The notes beneath the pieces were generated by a model. The model was not told the origin of the DNA, searched no databases, and worked only from the letters and a program-made list of their open reading frames with translations. A DNA stretch of 64,000 bases from an uncultured Poribacteria bacterium (lineage in GTDB: Bacteria > Poribacteria > WGA-4E > WGA-3G): positions 2,432,001 to 2,496,000 of the forward strand of contig CATQHZ020000001.1 of the NCBI GenBank assembly GCA_958296135.2, in the 5' to 3' direction. How positions within the stretch are numbered: position 1 is the first letter of the stretch; each line of letters begins with the position of its first letter. Below are positions 29,302 to 39,011 of this stretch, piece after piece. The position numbers were made by a program, and so were the translations under genes.

Positions 29302-29685
29302 CGTAAATCCTCCTGATTACGTTATGCCAACTCTAATTTTGATACTATCTATGCATAGTGCTATGGAAAGAACGTCTTTTTAACATGTTTGACGAAAAAA
29401 GCGCGGATTAGTTTAAAGTTTTCATGAAATTCCCTCTTTTTTTCTCAGTAATACCAAATTATGTTGATTTATATCGTCTTTGTTATGTCCAATCCTCCTG
29501 CGTCAGTTATTTCGGAGGCGCGTCCAACCCCAATCGGTGCCCGAGCATTTTTCTTTTCACTTCAGGAAGGGACAGATATTGAAAGCTGTCCTTACGAACC
29601 GAAGAAACGCGACTTGCAGCGCGCCTACCGGCATTTTAAAAGAAAAAGGGCGGATATGGACATCCGCCCTTACACCATTCAAATC

Positions 29686-31164
29686 TTACTCAAAACCGCC
29701 AACCTTGGCAGCTTCAGGCGCCCGCGTCGGCAGCTCCTTCTTCGCTAATGTGTCTTCAGGCACATAGCCGGAGTAGTCTGAAATCTTGCCGTGCGTCAAC
29801 GCATACACAACAACGTTTGTCATGAAACGATACACACCCGGCGAATAGTGCACACTCCGCGTCGGAAGACTCACCGACTCCATCGCGCACATATAGTCAC
29901 GACGGACGACGATGACAGACAACTTCTCGCCGACAGAGATACCTTCAAGGTAGTTCCGTTTCGGCGGACGCGTCCCCCACCAGAAGATGTCAAAGCCTAC
30001 CGGCGGGCCACCCATTTCGTAGAAATTGTCGTAGACCTCGTGCTCATTGTCAATCCGCTCGATCTGGAATTCGGGCATGACGTAACGCATCTGTGCGAGG
30101 AAGAGACGAATCATCGCCTGCGCAGGCGCGTTCACCCCGCAGTCGTCAAAGACGAGGAATCCGCCTTTTTCAACGAGGTAGCGGCGCATGCCAGAGGCTT
30201 CAGTTTCGGTGAGACGGCTATCCATCTTACCACCGCCATACTGTCTGCCGAGCAGGTTACGGGACCGGACGAGTGAAGGATCGTGCCCTGTCATGAAGAC
30301 GAAGGGTGTTTTGAAGAGGTTCGCATCGGTGAGTTTCAATGCACCGCCTTCAACGTTCATGTCTGTCTTAATCTTCGTCCGCTCGTTGAGCCATTTCGTC
30401 AAGGCGTTCAGCGAGGATGCATCAGCCCACCAGTCAGAGAGGCTGTGACGGATGCGTGTGAACCGGAAGACACCACGAATGTCGCGGCCTTTACCGATGA
30501 CGCGGCCACCGGGTTCGCCTCTGGGCAGCGGCGGCACTTCAACGTTACCGAGGGTGATGTTTTCAACGACATCGCCGAGGGCATCGCGCGCCGCACCAAC
30601 GTGTTCAACCATCGCGAGGCCGGGCGGCCGTTCAAACGCCACCTTCACCTGCACTGCACCGCCTGCCACGCCGCGGCCGATGTTCGCCGGGCCAGCGGAA
30701 GGTGCTGTTGCAACGGGTGCAGAAAATGCCAGCGCGCCGGGCGCATCGGATACCGGCAGGTCTGTGTGTGTAACCACCTGCGGCACAGGCGCGTTCGGCG
30801 TGACAACCTTCGGCACGTTCGGGTTAATCGGCGCATCTACCTTCACCGCTTGGTTGGAAAATTCCAACACCGTCTGCGGTTGGAAGTTGGACTTTGCAAC
30901 AAACGCAGTAGTCACACGCGGCTGCACTTGGACTTGTTCAACGACAACAGTGTTCTGCGTCGGAACGGTCGGTTTGATAACAGGCTTGACAACGGGCTTA
31001 CGTACCTTCGGCTTCGGCGGTTCCTTCGGCTGAAGGACTTCGGCACCAACGAGGTCTTTGAATTGTTCCGTCTGGGTAACGAGATAGATACCCGCGATGA
31101 AAGCGATGACCACGTGTAGCACGACCGAAGTCATGAAGGCACCGGAAGTTCTTTTGGCACTCAT
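29686..31164 (-). CDS. DUF4159-domain protein with TonB-like TM anchor and Pro-rich linker
   Basis: SVVLH TM, EPPKPKVRKP linker, PFVFMTGH, GGFLVFDD, NVVVYALTH. Confidence 0.8.
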   Translation of the reverse strand: MSAKRTSGAFMTSVVLHVVIAFIAGIYLVTQTEQFKDLVGAEVLQPKEPPKPKVRKPVVKPVIKPTVPTQNTVVVEQVQVQPRVTTAFVAKSNFQPQTVLEFSNQAVKVDAPINPNVPKVVTPNAPVPQVVTHTDLPVSDAPGALAFSAPVATAPSAGPANIGRGVAGGAVQVKVAFERPPGLAMVEHVGAARDALGDVVENITLGNVEVPPLPRGEPGGRVIGKGRDIRGVFRFTRIRHSLSDWWADASSLNALTKWLNERTKIKTDMNVEGGALKLTDANLFKTPFVFMTGHDPSLVRSRNLLGRQYGGGKMDSRLTETEASGMRRYLVEKGGFLVFDDCGVNAPAQAMIRLFLAQMRYVMPEFQIERIDNEHEVYDNFYEMGGPPVGFDIFWWGTRPPKRNYLEGISVGEKLSVIVVRRDYMCAMESVSLPTRSVHYSPGVYRFMTNVVVYALTHGKISDYSGYVPEDTLAKKELPTRAPEAAKVGGFE

Positions 31165-31315
31165 GTTTTTACCTCCAAGGGATAGTGGTTTCGCGGAACG
31201 TATCCGTGTAGGCGTGCTTTATAGGAGCGCGCCTGCCGCAACGCGCACTCAGCGCGCCTACGGGAGTCCGCGGAAATCCTTACACAAAAAATAAAATTGT
31301 TGATGCAAAGAGACT

Positions 31316-31331
31316 TGCAATTTCTATGCCA
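31316..31331 (-). promoter_or_regulatory. sigma54 (-24/-12) promoter
   Basis: TGGCATAGAAATTGCA = GG-N10-GC, about 150 nt upstream of ATG 31164. Confidence 0.7.
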
Positions 31332-31370
31332 ATCAATATGCAGGTATCGTGGCATCAAAACGGACAAAAT

Positions 31371-31419
31371 TGCACGAAAAGGGGCAATTCTCTCTCCATG
31401 CTGCACAAAAAGGGGCAAT
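31371..31419. promoter_or_regulatory. Tandem enhancer-like sites for a sigma54 activator
   Basis: TGCACGAAAAGGGGCAAT (31371) and TGCACAAAAAGGGGCAAT (31402), 31 bp apart, imperfect TGC...GCA dyads. Confidence 0.55.
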
Positions 31420-31514
31420 GCCCGATTTATCCAGCAGTCGGCAGATGCCCTGGACAGCAGACCGCGGCGCGTCGGGGTGGATAAATCCACCCTGACGAAA
31501 CACCGAGAAGGCTG

Positions 31515-32159
31515 TTACGGCGCCTTATCCGCCGATGTGGAGAAGAATTTATCGATACGCGGCTTCTGTTTCTTCCAGCTGAAGATAGTCAGATTGTTCT
31601 GCGTGGCGCTATCTAGTTGCTGAATCAACCACTCATCGCCTTTCTTCACCAGATAGAGGTGCGTCTCGCCCGGATACGCGCCTTTGTAGCAGTTGTAGCC
31701 GACTGCGCTAGCCTCCTTCCGGCGAATCCAGAAGTCGGTTAACTGGGGGGACGTGCCCCATTTGGCACCTTTCGTCCCGATACCAATCCACAATCCTTCG
31801 ATACCGATTTTGACATCGTTCCAGCCTTCAGCAACGGGAACCGGTTCGTTTCCCGCGAAGATAGTGCCGAAAACAATGGAACCGGTATCAAAAGTCTCGG
31901 CGATTGCCCTAATGTCGTTATCGTTAAATGCCTCATAGAAGGCAGTGAAAACCTTTTGAATCGCGGCTTTCTCCACCTCAAAATCGATAGGCCTACTCGC
32001 CACGACGACCGGTTCATCGGAACTGGTGGCCGCGGTCGCTGCCGGTTTCTCGGCGGTTTCTTCTGCATCGTCGCTTCCACAGCCGACAATGCCAACGCTC
32101 ACGATGCCCATCGCAAACAGGGCAAGCAGGAGCGATGTGAACATGAATCGCAATTGCAT
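31515..32159 (-). CDS. Lipoprotein with SnoaL/NTF2-like domain
   Basis: AGGAGG RBS, lipobox IVGC, AIQKVFTAFYEAFNDND, LVKKGDEWLI. Confidence 0.7.
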   Translation of the reverse strand: MQLRFMFTSLLLALFAMGIVSVGIVGCGSDDAEETAEKPAATAATSSDEPVVVASRPIDFEVEKAAIQKVFTAFYEAFNDNDIRAIAETFDTGSIVFGTIFAGNEPVPVAEGWNDVKIGIEGLWIGIGTKGAKWGTSPQLTDFWIRRKEASAVGYNCYKGAYPGETHLYLVKKGDEWLIQQLDSATQNNLTIFSWKKQKPRIDKFFSTSADKAP

Positions 32160-32218
32160 TTTTGCAATTCCTCCTATTAAATTCACTTAGCGCATCTAAA
32201 AAGATGCAGTTTAAGACT

Positions 32219-32247
32219 ATTATAATTTATTTCCAAAAAAATGTCAA
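32219..32247 (-). promoter_or_regulatory. Consensus sigma70 promoter
   Basis: TTGACA-17nt-TATAAT. Confidence 0.8.
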
Positions 32248-32346
32248 GTTAATTTTTATCCCCAACCCGTCAGGGGGGAGATTGCAGTGGGCGGATATAG
32301 AAATCGGCCTTACAATGCGATGCGCGAAGGATACCGAAATCCACCG

Positions 32347-33492
32347 CTACAACGCAATTGCCTGAATCACATCCTCAACCTGAATCTCCGACATGCATCC
32401 CTCCCCGCCGAAGCGACACGAGGTCCCGAGGCAAGGCGGACAGTCCCTTTTCCGGCGGAGTGTCTGACACTGCGCGCCGACCGGTCCAAACCGCCCCGGG
32501 TCGCCGGGCCCGTAAAGTCCAATCGTAGGAATCCCAACAGCGGCGGCGAGGTGCATCGGCCCGCTATCGTTACCAATGAACAACTGACATACGTGCAAGA
32601 TTGATGCCAGCTGCGTTAGGCTAGTCTCGCCCGCGATATTCGTTGACCTCCCTCGCATCAACGCTTGAATTTCCGCAATTATCGGCATTTCAGCGTGGAT
32701 ACCGACGAAAATAATTTTTGCACGTTTTTGTGCAACTAACCAATCGGCGAGTTTCGCGTAGCGTTCGGGCCGCCACCTCTTAAGTGCAATCGGGGAGCCC
32801 GGGTGGATAGCAACCAGCGATTGCACCGTAGAGCGAGAAGACTTTCCTTCACCTGGCCCTTGCCGTGCAGCGTTAATTCCTCGCGCCGCAAGGAAATCTG
32901 CCGCCCATTTTTCATCATCCGCCGTTATCGGGAACATCGGCGTTTGCACCGGCGTTGGAATGCCCGCACGCCTGAGGACATCAAGGTTACGCACGGTTTC
33001 GTGTGTGCCGCTAAATCGGGGAAATCCCAACTTATTGGCAACCTGCAGGGATGCACGTCCGATCTGTTTCGGTGCAACTCTTAAGAACGCGAAGCAAACG
33101 ATTCGCCAATCGCCGCGGAGCTCCACCACCAACTCATACTTTTGGCGGTGCAAATGCCGATAAAGCCGAACAGCCTCTGACAGTCGCGTCGGTTGTTCTC
33201 CTGCGCGGCAAAAGAACGGCGAATTATATTCAATTACCTCATCTACCGCCGGTTGATTCTCCAAGACGACGCGGCTCCATCTGCCAGCGAGCGCGTGCAG
33301 TTCGGCATTCGGATACGCCTGACGCAAGTTAGCAAACACCGGTGTCGCGAGAAGCACATCTCCGACGTGGTCCAGTTTGACCACGAGGATGCGCTTAGGT
33401 GAGCTGTTTCTCGGCACACCCTGGCGATAGCAGAGCCACTGCACGGCGGCGGCGGCAATCAGTGTGAGGATTTCAAGCACATTCCGAAGCAT
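32347..33492 (-). CDS. Glycosyltransferase family 9 (LPS heptosyltransferase-like)
   Basis: VKLDHVGDVLLATP, HPGS...KRW, GNDSGPMHLAAA, GLYGP. Confidence 0.9.
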   Translation of the reverse strand: MLRNVLEILTLIAAAAVQWLCYRQGVPRNSSPKRILVVKLDHVGDVLLATPVFANLRQAYPNAELHALAGRWSRVVLENQPAVDEVIEYNSPFFCRAGEQPTRLSEAVRLYRHLHRQKYELVVELRGDWRIVCFAFLRVAPKQIGRASLQVANKLGFPRFSGTHETVRNLDVLRRAGIPTPVQTPMFPITADDEKWAADFLAARGINAARQGPGEGKSSRSTVQSLVAIHPGSPIALKRWRPERYAKLADWLVAQKRAKIIFVGIHAEMPIIAEIQALMRGRSTNIAGETSLTQLASILHVCQLFIGNDSGPMHLAAAVGIPTIGLYGPGDPGRFGPVGAQCQTLRRKRDCPPCLGTSCRFGGEGCMSEIQVEDVIQAIAL

Positions 33493-33517
33493 CGTTTATT
33501 TTGGAGAGATGCCACTC

Positions 33518-34123
33518 TCATCCCTCCTGTTTCACCATGCCGGCAAGAATACCGAGGATTCTGTCGCACCGCTCCAGCGTGTAGATTCTCATATCAATGT
33601 GGAGCGTCTTCCCCGCCAATTTGAGGAACAGCCAATCAGTGCCGGACGTGATAGCACCATAGACACGGGCAATGCTATTCCCTTGTTCGGCGTTAAAGCA
33701 TTGGGCGGCTACCATCTCGGCAGCACACTGCGCGACTCCCAATTTCACGTCCGCATTTTTGGCCTCAACCAGCGCGATGACAGGTGCTTCCAACTCAAAT
33801 GCCTCTGGCGACAGGCTCACCAGAAAACCACACACGCCTGTCAATTCTTTTCTTGCATCAACGTTAAAATCAATGCCAGAAAAAAGGCTAACGCGATTGT
33901 CAAAGTGTAGGCAAAGTTCAACGAGAACTTCGGAGATAATCAGTTCGGATTTCGCCTTCTCCGTGCCCATCGCGAGAGCGAAAGGCATATTTCGCTCTAA
34001 CACCGCGGTGAGCAAGGCACTCGGTTCGACCGGTTCAATGTCAGCAAAGATGCCCCACTGCCGAACCGTTTCAAGTTCAAATGCTCTCCGAATTTTTCCT
34101 AAGGTAAAGTTGCTATATGCCAT
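33518..34123 (-). CDS. Conserved hypothetical protein, PD-(D/E)xK nuclease-like
   Basis: MAYSNFTL, TEKAKSE, LVEAK, QCAAEMVAAQ, YGAITSGTDWLFLKL. Confidence 0.7.
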   Translation of the reverse strand: MAYSNFTLGKIRRAFELETVRQWGIFADIEPVEPSALLTAVLERNMPFALAMGTEKAKSELIISEVLVELCLHFDNRVSLFSGIDFNVDARKELTGVCGFLVSLSPEAFELEAPVIALVEAKNADVKLGVAQCAAEMVAAQCFNAEQGNSIARVYGAITSGTDWLFLKLAGKTLHIDMRIYTLERCDRILGILAGMVKQEG

Positions 34124-34228
34124 GATGAGAAACCCGCCTTTAACGCACACAGACACGTCAAGACAGTCTGGGAAGACAACGTCAATCGCACAGAAAGGCT
34201 AAACACCGCCTGGCGAAGACAAAAAACC

Positions 34229-34833
34229 TCACGCCCGCTGCGCCACCATACTCGCGAGAATGCCGAAGACTTTGTCGCACAGCTCAATTGAATAGGCAGT
34301 GATGTCAATAGAGAGTTTCCGCCCCTCCAACTTGAGGAACAGCCACTCTGTGCCGGATGTGGTGGCACCGTAAATGCGCGGAATGTCATTCCCGGCTTCC
34401 GCATTAAAGCGTTGGGCGGCCACCATCTCCGCAACACATTGCCCAAGCCCATCCGTGAGACTGTCCCTTTTTGCCTCAACAAGGATAATAACAGGTGCCT
34501 CCAAATCAAATCGCTCGGGTGACAGACTCACCAAAAAATCACACACTCCAACCAATTTCGCATCGGCATCAACGTTAAAGTCAATTCCCGAAAAAAGACT
34601 GACGCGGTTGTCAAAGTGGACGCAAAGTTCAATGAGAACGTCCGCGATAATCATTTCGGACTTCGCCTTTTCGGTGCCGATAGCGATGGCGAAGGGGAGA
34701 TTTCGCTCCACACAGAGGTAAGATGCTCACTCGGTGCCACCGGTTCAATATAGGCAAAGATACCTCGCTCCTCAACCGCTTCAAGTTGAAACGCTCTTCG
34801 GACTGTGCCAAGGGTAAAGTTGCTATATGCCAT
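34229..34833 (-). pseudogene. Frameshifted tandem paralogue of 33518-34123
   Basis: MAYSNFTLGTVRRAF...HLTSV then a 1-nt deletion near 34710 (GTG TGG AGC versus paralogue GTG TTA GAG); resumes ERNLPFAIAIGTEKAKSE. Confidence 0.75.
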
Positions 34834-34956
34834 GCTGAGAAACCCTCCTCTCATGTTCTTTCCTCTCTCAGTGCAGACGAGCGCGATTCTTCTCATACGT
34901 AATTATACCAGATTCGCGTTTGGAAATCAAGACATTTTTTGAATGCGAAAATCCAC

Positions 34957-34985
34957 TTGCATCCGCACCCAAAATCTGCTATACT
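34957..34985 (+). promoter_or_regulatory. sigma70-type promoter (possibly leaderless transcript)
   Basis: TTGCAT-17nt-TATACT, with ATG 6 nt after the -10 box. Confidence 0.55.
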
Positions 34986-34991
34986 ATTTTC

Positions 34992-37610
34992 ATGCGGAAA
35001 CGAAATATGCAGTTCATCAAACACTTTTCAGAAATCGAGGACGATGCCCTTCCCCAGGTCGGCGGAAAGGGGTTGAATCTCGGAAAATTGACGAGAGCGG
35101 GTTTTGCTATACCAAAAGGGTTCTGTGTGACAACGGATGCCTACCGGTTCTCCATGCAAGGCACCGGGAAGGCGCACCTACAAGACATCGTGTTAGCACC
35201 AGAACTCGTCGCCGCAATTCAGGAAGCGCGCGCGCGTTTGCAGACAGATACCGTCGCAGTACGTTCCAGTGCAACCGCCGAAGATTTGCCCGATGCAAGC
35301 TTCGCCGGGCAACAAGACACGTTCCTGAACGTCACCGCCGAGACGCTTTTAGATGCGGTGAAGGCGTGTTGGGCCTCCCTCTGGGCTTCACGTGCTATCG
35401 CCTATCGGCAGACGCAAGGCATCTCCGATGAAGACTTGGCAATGGCGGTTGTCGTGCAAGAAATGTGCCCCGCCGAGGTTTCCGGCGTGCTGTTTACGGT
35501 AAGTCCATTTGACGAAAATGTCTGCATCATCGAATCCAATTGGGGACTCGGCGAATCGGTTGTCTCCGGAGAAATCACGCCGGACAACTTTCAGGTATCG
35601 CGGGAAACGGGTGAGGTTGTCAAAAAGGCTATCGCCCAAAAAACGGAGATGGTCAGCGCGTTTGAAAAGCGAGCCCATGGCGAGACTCCCAACTTGGGAG
35701 GCGCGCATTGGAAGCGCGCACCAGTCCCTCTTGCGAAACAGAATATGCCCAGCCTCACAGACGCGCAACTGGAATCCCTCGCAAAACTGGGCACGCAGGT
35801 TGAGAAATTCTACGGACAACCTATGGATGTTGAGTGGGCCCTCGCTGACAGCGAATTTGTCTTGCTGCAGGCGAGACCTATCACCGGACAACTGCCTATT
35901 CAAACCGTAAGGACGGATGTCTCTATCCGCCCACCGATAGATACTGAAAAACTACGTCAAGAGGAAATCCATCGCCTCAAAAAGTGTGCAGATAAACACG
36001 GCACCGTTTGGTGTCATCACAACATCGCCGAAGTTTTGCCCGCGCCGTTACCGATGACATGGAAGCTCATCCAAGAATTTATGTCTGGTGCCGGTGGCTT
36101 AGGCACTGCGTATCGCAATTTAGGCTACTATCCGAGCGCGCGTGTCAATAAAATAGGCATCCTCGACCTGGTTTGTGGCCGCATCTATGTTAACCTAAAC
36201 CGCGAAACAGAGCTCTACTTTGATGGCTACCCGCTCGCGCACGATTTTGAGGCCCTGAAGCAAAAACCGCAAAAGGCGATGTATGCACAAGCCGCTCCGA
36301 ATATCAGCCATAGTTCTGCCTCGTTTTGGTTCAAACTCCCGCTGCACATCGCGCGGATGAGCAAAGCTGAATTACGCCTGCGTAAACACCGGCTCGATTT
36401 CGACCGGCAGTTGACAGAACAGGTGTTCCCACAGTTCCAAGCGATAACAAAAGCGGAGTGGGACATTTCTTATGCAACTCTATCAGATGCGGAAGTGGTG
36501 GCAAAATTTCAAGAATGGCGCGATAAAACCTTGCGCGAATTTGCACCTAAAGCACTGACAGCGACGCTCCTCGCCGGATTCTCTCTGCAGCGGCTGAAGG
36601 CAGGACTCGCAAAATGTCTCGATGAAGCAGAAGCAAAGGTTCTCACGCAACGACTCATCGGCGGCTTGTCGGGCAACCTCACCGTTGAAACCAACGAAAA
36701 GTTGGGGCAGGTAGCGGCGGGGCATCTCTCTCTCGACAATTTCTTGGCAGAAGCGGGGCATCGAGCCGTCGGCGAATTTGAGTTGGCACAACCGCGCTGG
36801 CGCGAGGATACCGCCTATCTTGAGCAGGTTATTGCCTCTTTTAAAGCCCGCTTGAAAAGCGCGCCTACGGCAGATGAGCAGGGAAGCGCACCTATCGAAA
36901 ACAGCACGCGACAACGCGAAGAAGCTGAAACCTATCTCGCAGAACTGCTGAAAAATAAGAAGCACTTGCGGAAACAGATAGCGGAAGAACTCGCGTTCAC
37001 GCGCCGCTATATGCCGTTCCGCGAAACGGCGAAATTTTATCTGATGCTCGGTTATGAACAGATTCGACGCGCTTTGACAGAACTCGACCGGCGGTATCAA
37101 CTCAACGGCGGCATCTTCTATTTACAACCCGATGAATTACCACGTTTCATCAACGGAGAAGCCGTCGGCACCACCATAGCAGAACGCAAGGCACGGCGAG
37201 AAGCATTGCTACAGATTGAGCTCCCTGATGTCCTCTTCAGCGATTCACTAGATAAGTTATCATCCGAGACGAAACTGCAAATCTCGCCTACCCATTCGGA
37301 CACCGGAGTGGGAGTCTCCGCGGGCGTGGCAACGGGGCCCGCGCGGGTGCTTTTACGTCCAACCGATGTACAACCGACAGACCAGGGCTATATCCTGGTG
37401 TGTCCCTCCACCGACCCGGCGTGGACACCGCTTTTTCTCCATGCAGCGGGGTTAGTGATGGAGCGCGGCGGCATGCTATCGCACGGCGCGGTAGTGGCAC
37501 GAGAATACGGCATTCCCGCAGTCGTCAACATCCCGAACGCAACCCGAAACATCACCGATGGACAAAAACTTCAGATTGATGGCAATCGCGGCACTGTTGC
37601 CACTGTTTAG
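34992..37610 (+). CDS. PEP/pyruvate-binding plus PEP-utilizer mobile-domain phosphotransferase (rifampin phosphotransferase-like architecture)
   Basis: GGKGLNL, VAVRSSATAEDLPDASFAGQQDT, DVEWA, LLQARPIT, TDPAWTPLF, GGMLSHGAVVAREYGIPAV. Confidence 0.88.
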   Translation: MRKRNMQFIKHFSEIEDDALPQVGGKGLNLGKLTRAGFAIPKGFCVTTDAYRFSMQGTGKAHLQDIVLAPELVAAIQEARARLQTDTVAVRSSATAEDLPDASFAGQQDTFLNVTAETLLDAVKACWASLWASRAIAYRQTQGISDEDLAMAVVVQEMCPAEVSGVLFTVSPFDENVCIIESNWGLGESVVSGEITPDNFQVSRETGEVVKKAIAQKTEMVSAFEKRAHGETPNLGGAHWKRAPVPLAKQNMPSLTDAQLESLAKLGTQVEKFYGQPMDVEWALADSEFVLLQARPITGQLPIQTVRTDVSIRPPIDTEKLRQEEIHRLKKCADKHGTVWCHHNIAEVLPAPLPMTWKLIQEFMSGAGGLGTAYRNLGYYPSARVNKIGILDLVCGRIYVNLNRETELYFDGYPLAHDFEALKQKPQKAMYAQAAPNISHSSASFWFKLPLHIARMSKAELRLRKHRLDFDRQLTEQVFPQFQAITKAEWDISYATLSDAEVVAKFQEWRDKTLREFAPKALTATLLAGFSLQRLKAGLAKCLDEAEAKVLTQRLIGGLSGNLTVETNEKLGQVAAGHLSLDNFLAEAGHRAVGEFELAQPRWREDTAYLEQVIASFKARLKSAPTADEQGSAPIENSTRQREEAETYLAELLKNKKHLRKQIAEELAFTRRYMPFRETAKFYLMLGYEQIRRALTELDRRYQLNGGIFYLQPDELPRFINGEAVGTTIAERKARREALLQIELPDVLFSDSLDKLSSETKLQISPTHSDTGVGVSAGVATGPARVLLRPTDVQPTDQGYILVCPSTDPAWTPLFLHAAGLVMERGGMLSHGAVVAREYGIPAVVNIPNATRNITDGQKLQIDGNRGTVATV

Positions 37611-37730
37611 CATCTCCCGTAGCGCGAAGCCTATTCCTTGTAAACAAGGCATGGTGGGGGACAGGCCCCCACCCGACGGCGAACATAGCGCGAGAGCCTG
37701 TCCCTCGCAAACTGCCGACAGATAGAAATC

Positions 37731-38852
37731 ATGCACATAAAACACAGCGAATTTGTTGCAAACTGGAGCCGATATTCTCGTTATGCCGTTGAAACTTACA
37801 CCCACAAACGCCAAAGCATTCGGCAAAAGATGCGGAAATCGTTCCTTATCTCCCTGACTATCCATGCCCTCGCGCTCGGAATGCTGAGCCTCGGCTACAT
37901 CCGGTGGTATCAACCGGTGCCGCCTTCCGAACCGATTGTCTCCGAGGCAATCGCGGTGACCAATATCCCGCGTTTTCACGTTACGAATCGTCAGAAACGT
38001 TCACTGCCTGCGGCGAGGCGTTCCACGCCTACCTTACCGGCCGTGACTGCAGGCACGGATGCGCCTCTGCGGCCGACGCTCGCCGCGCGCAACACACAGA
38101 TGCTGATGCTAGGGACAGACGCGCGGTTACCGATGGCAGAAACATCGCTGAGCACACACGCGACAAAAACGCCGGAGTGGACATCGATTGGGACAACCCC
38201 CGCGCAAGTCCCTACCGTCCCACGCAACCCTGTCCATCGGCGCGGGCAACAGCGCGCAACCGCCACCGCCGAACCCACGAGCGCAGCAGAACCCGTTAAC
38301 CGGGATGCTCGGATGGGTGAGGCCCTGGAAGGCATCGCCGAAAGCGTGGCGGATGGCGACAGAGAACCTGTTTCCGTTGACATCGTTTTTTTGCTTGACA
38401 TTAGTGGCAGTATGATAGATAATATCCGTGCCGTCGGCAGACAACTCAGCCGGATGGTGGCAGTATTCGAGCAGAAAAAGGTCGATTTCACACTCGGCAT
38501 CGTGATTTTCAGATACCTTGAAGACGATACTATCATCCACCCGCAAACGCGGGATGTGGAGAGATACAAGCGGCTGTTGACTTCGCACGTCGTTGCGGCG
38601 GCGGGGGATGAACGCGCGCACAATGCCATCATCAAAACAATTCGCCGCGTGGATTTCCGCGAAGGCGCAAACCGCCGATTCGTCCTCGTCACCGATGAAG
38701 CAAGCAAAGGTTCTTACTCGCTATCCGAAGTGCTAGTGCAGTGCTTGCAACAGAAAATCGCCGTGGATGTCATCGGCATTAATCATACAACGCATAAGGC
38801 GTTAACCGTTAAAACTGGGGGACTCTGGTTCCCCATTCCAAAACAATTGTAG
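37731..38852 (+). CDS. VWA-domain protein with TonB-like TM anchor and extended linker
   Basis: SLTIH TM (alternative start 37830), Pro/Thr-rich linker, DIVFLLDISGSM MIDAS, LVTDE. Confidence 0.8.
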   Translation: MHIKHSEFVANWSRYSRYAVETYTHKRQSIRQKMRKSFLISLTIHALALGMLSLGYIRWYQPVPPSEPIVSEAIAVTNIPRFHVTNRQKRSLPAARRSTPTLPAVTAGTDAPLRPTLAARNTQMLMLGTDARLPMAETSLSTHATKTPEWTSIGTTPAQVPTVPRNPVHRRGQQRATATAEPTSAAEPVNRDARMGEALEGIAESVADGDREPVSVDIVFLLDISGSMIDNIRAVGRQLSRMVAVFEQKKVDFTLGIVIFRYLEDDTIIHPQTRDVERYKRLLTSHVVAAAGDERAHNAIIKTIRRVDFREGANRRFVLVTDEASKGSYSLSEVLVQCLQQKIAVDVIGINHTTHKALTVKTGGLWFPIPKQL

Positions 38853-39011
38853 CCGGGCTCTCATGAAGTTTTCGTCTGAAATCGGATAATGTTCGGAACG
38901 CGTGCACGCGCGGTGACTGTAAGAGCAGATTTCTATATCCGCCCATCTCCTGCGAGAAAATTACCCGTTTATTTCTTGAATCTTCATCCAGCCCCAAAGA
39001 GGTACCATCAA

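Noticed and set aside
31161-31623. ORFs 31161-31490 and 31297-31623
   Set aside because: They overlie the sigma54 promoter, enhancer boxes and a REP; no protein motifs.
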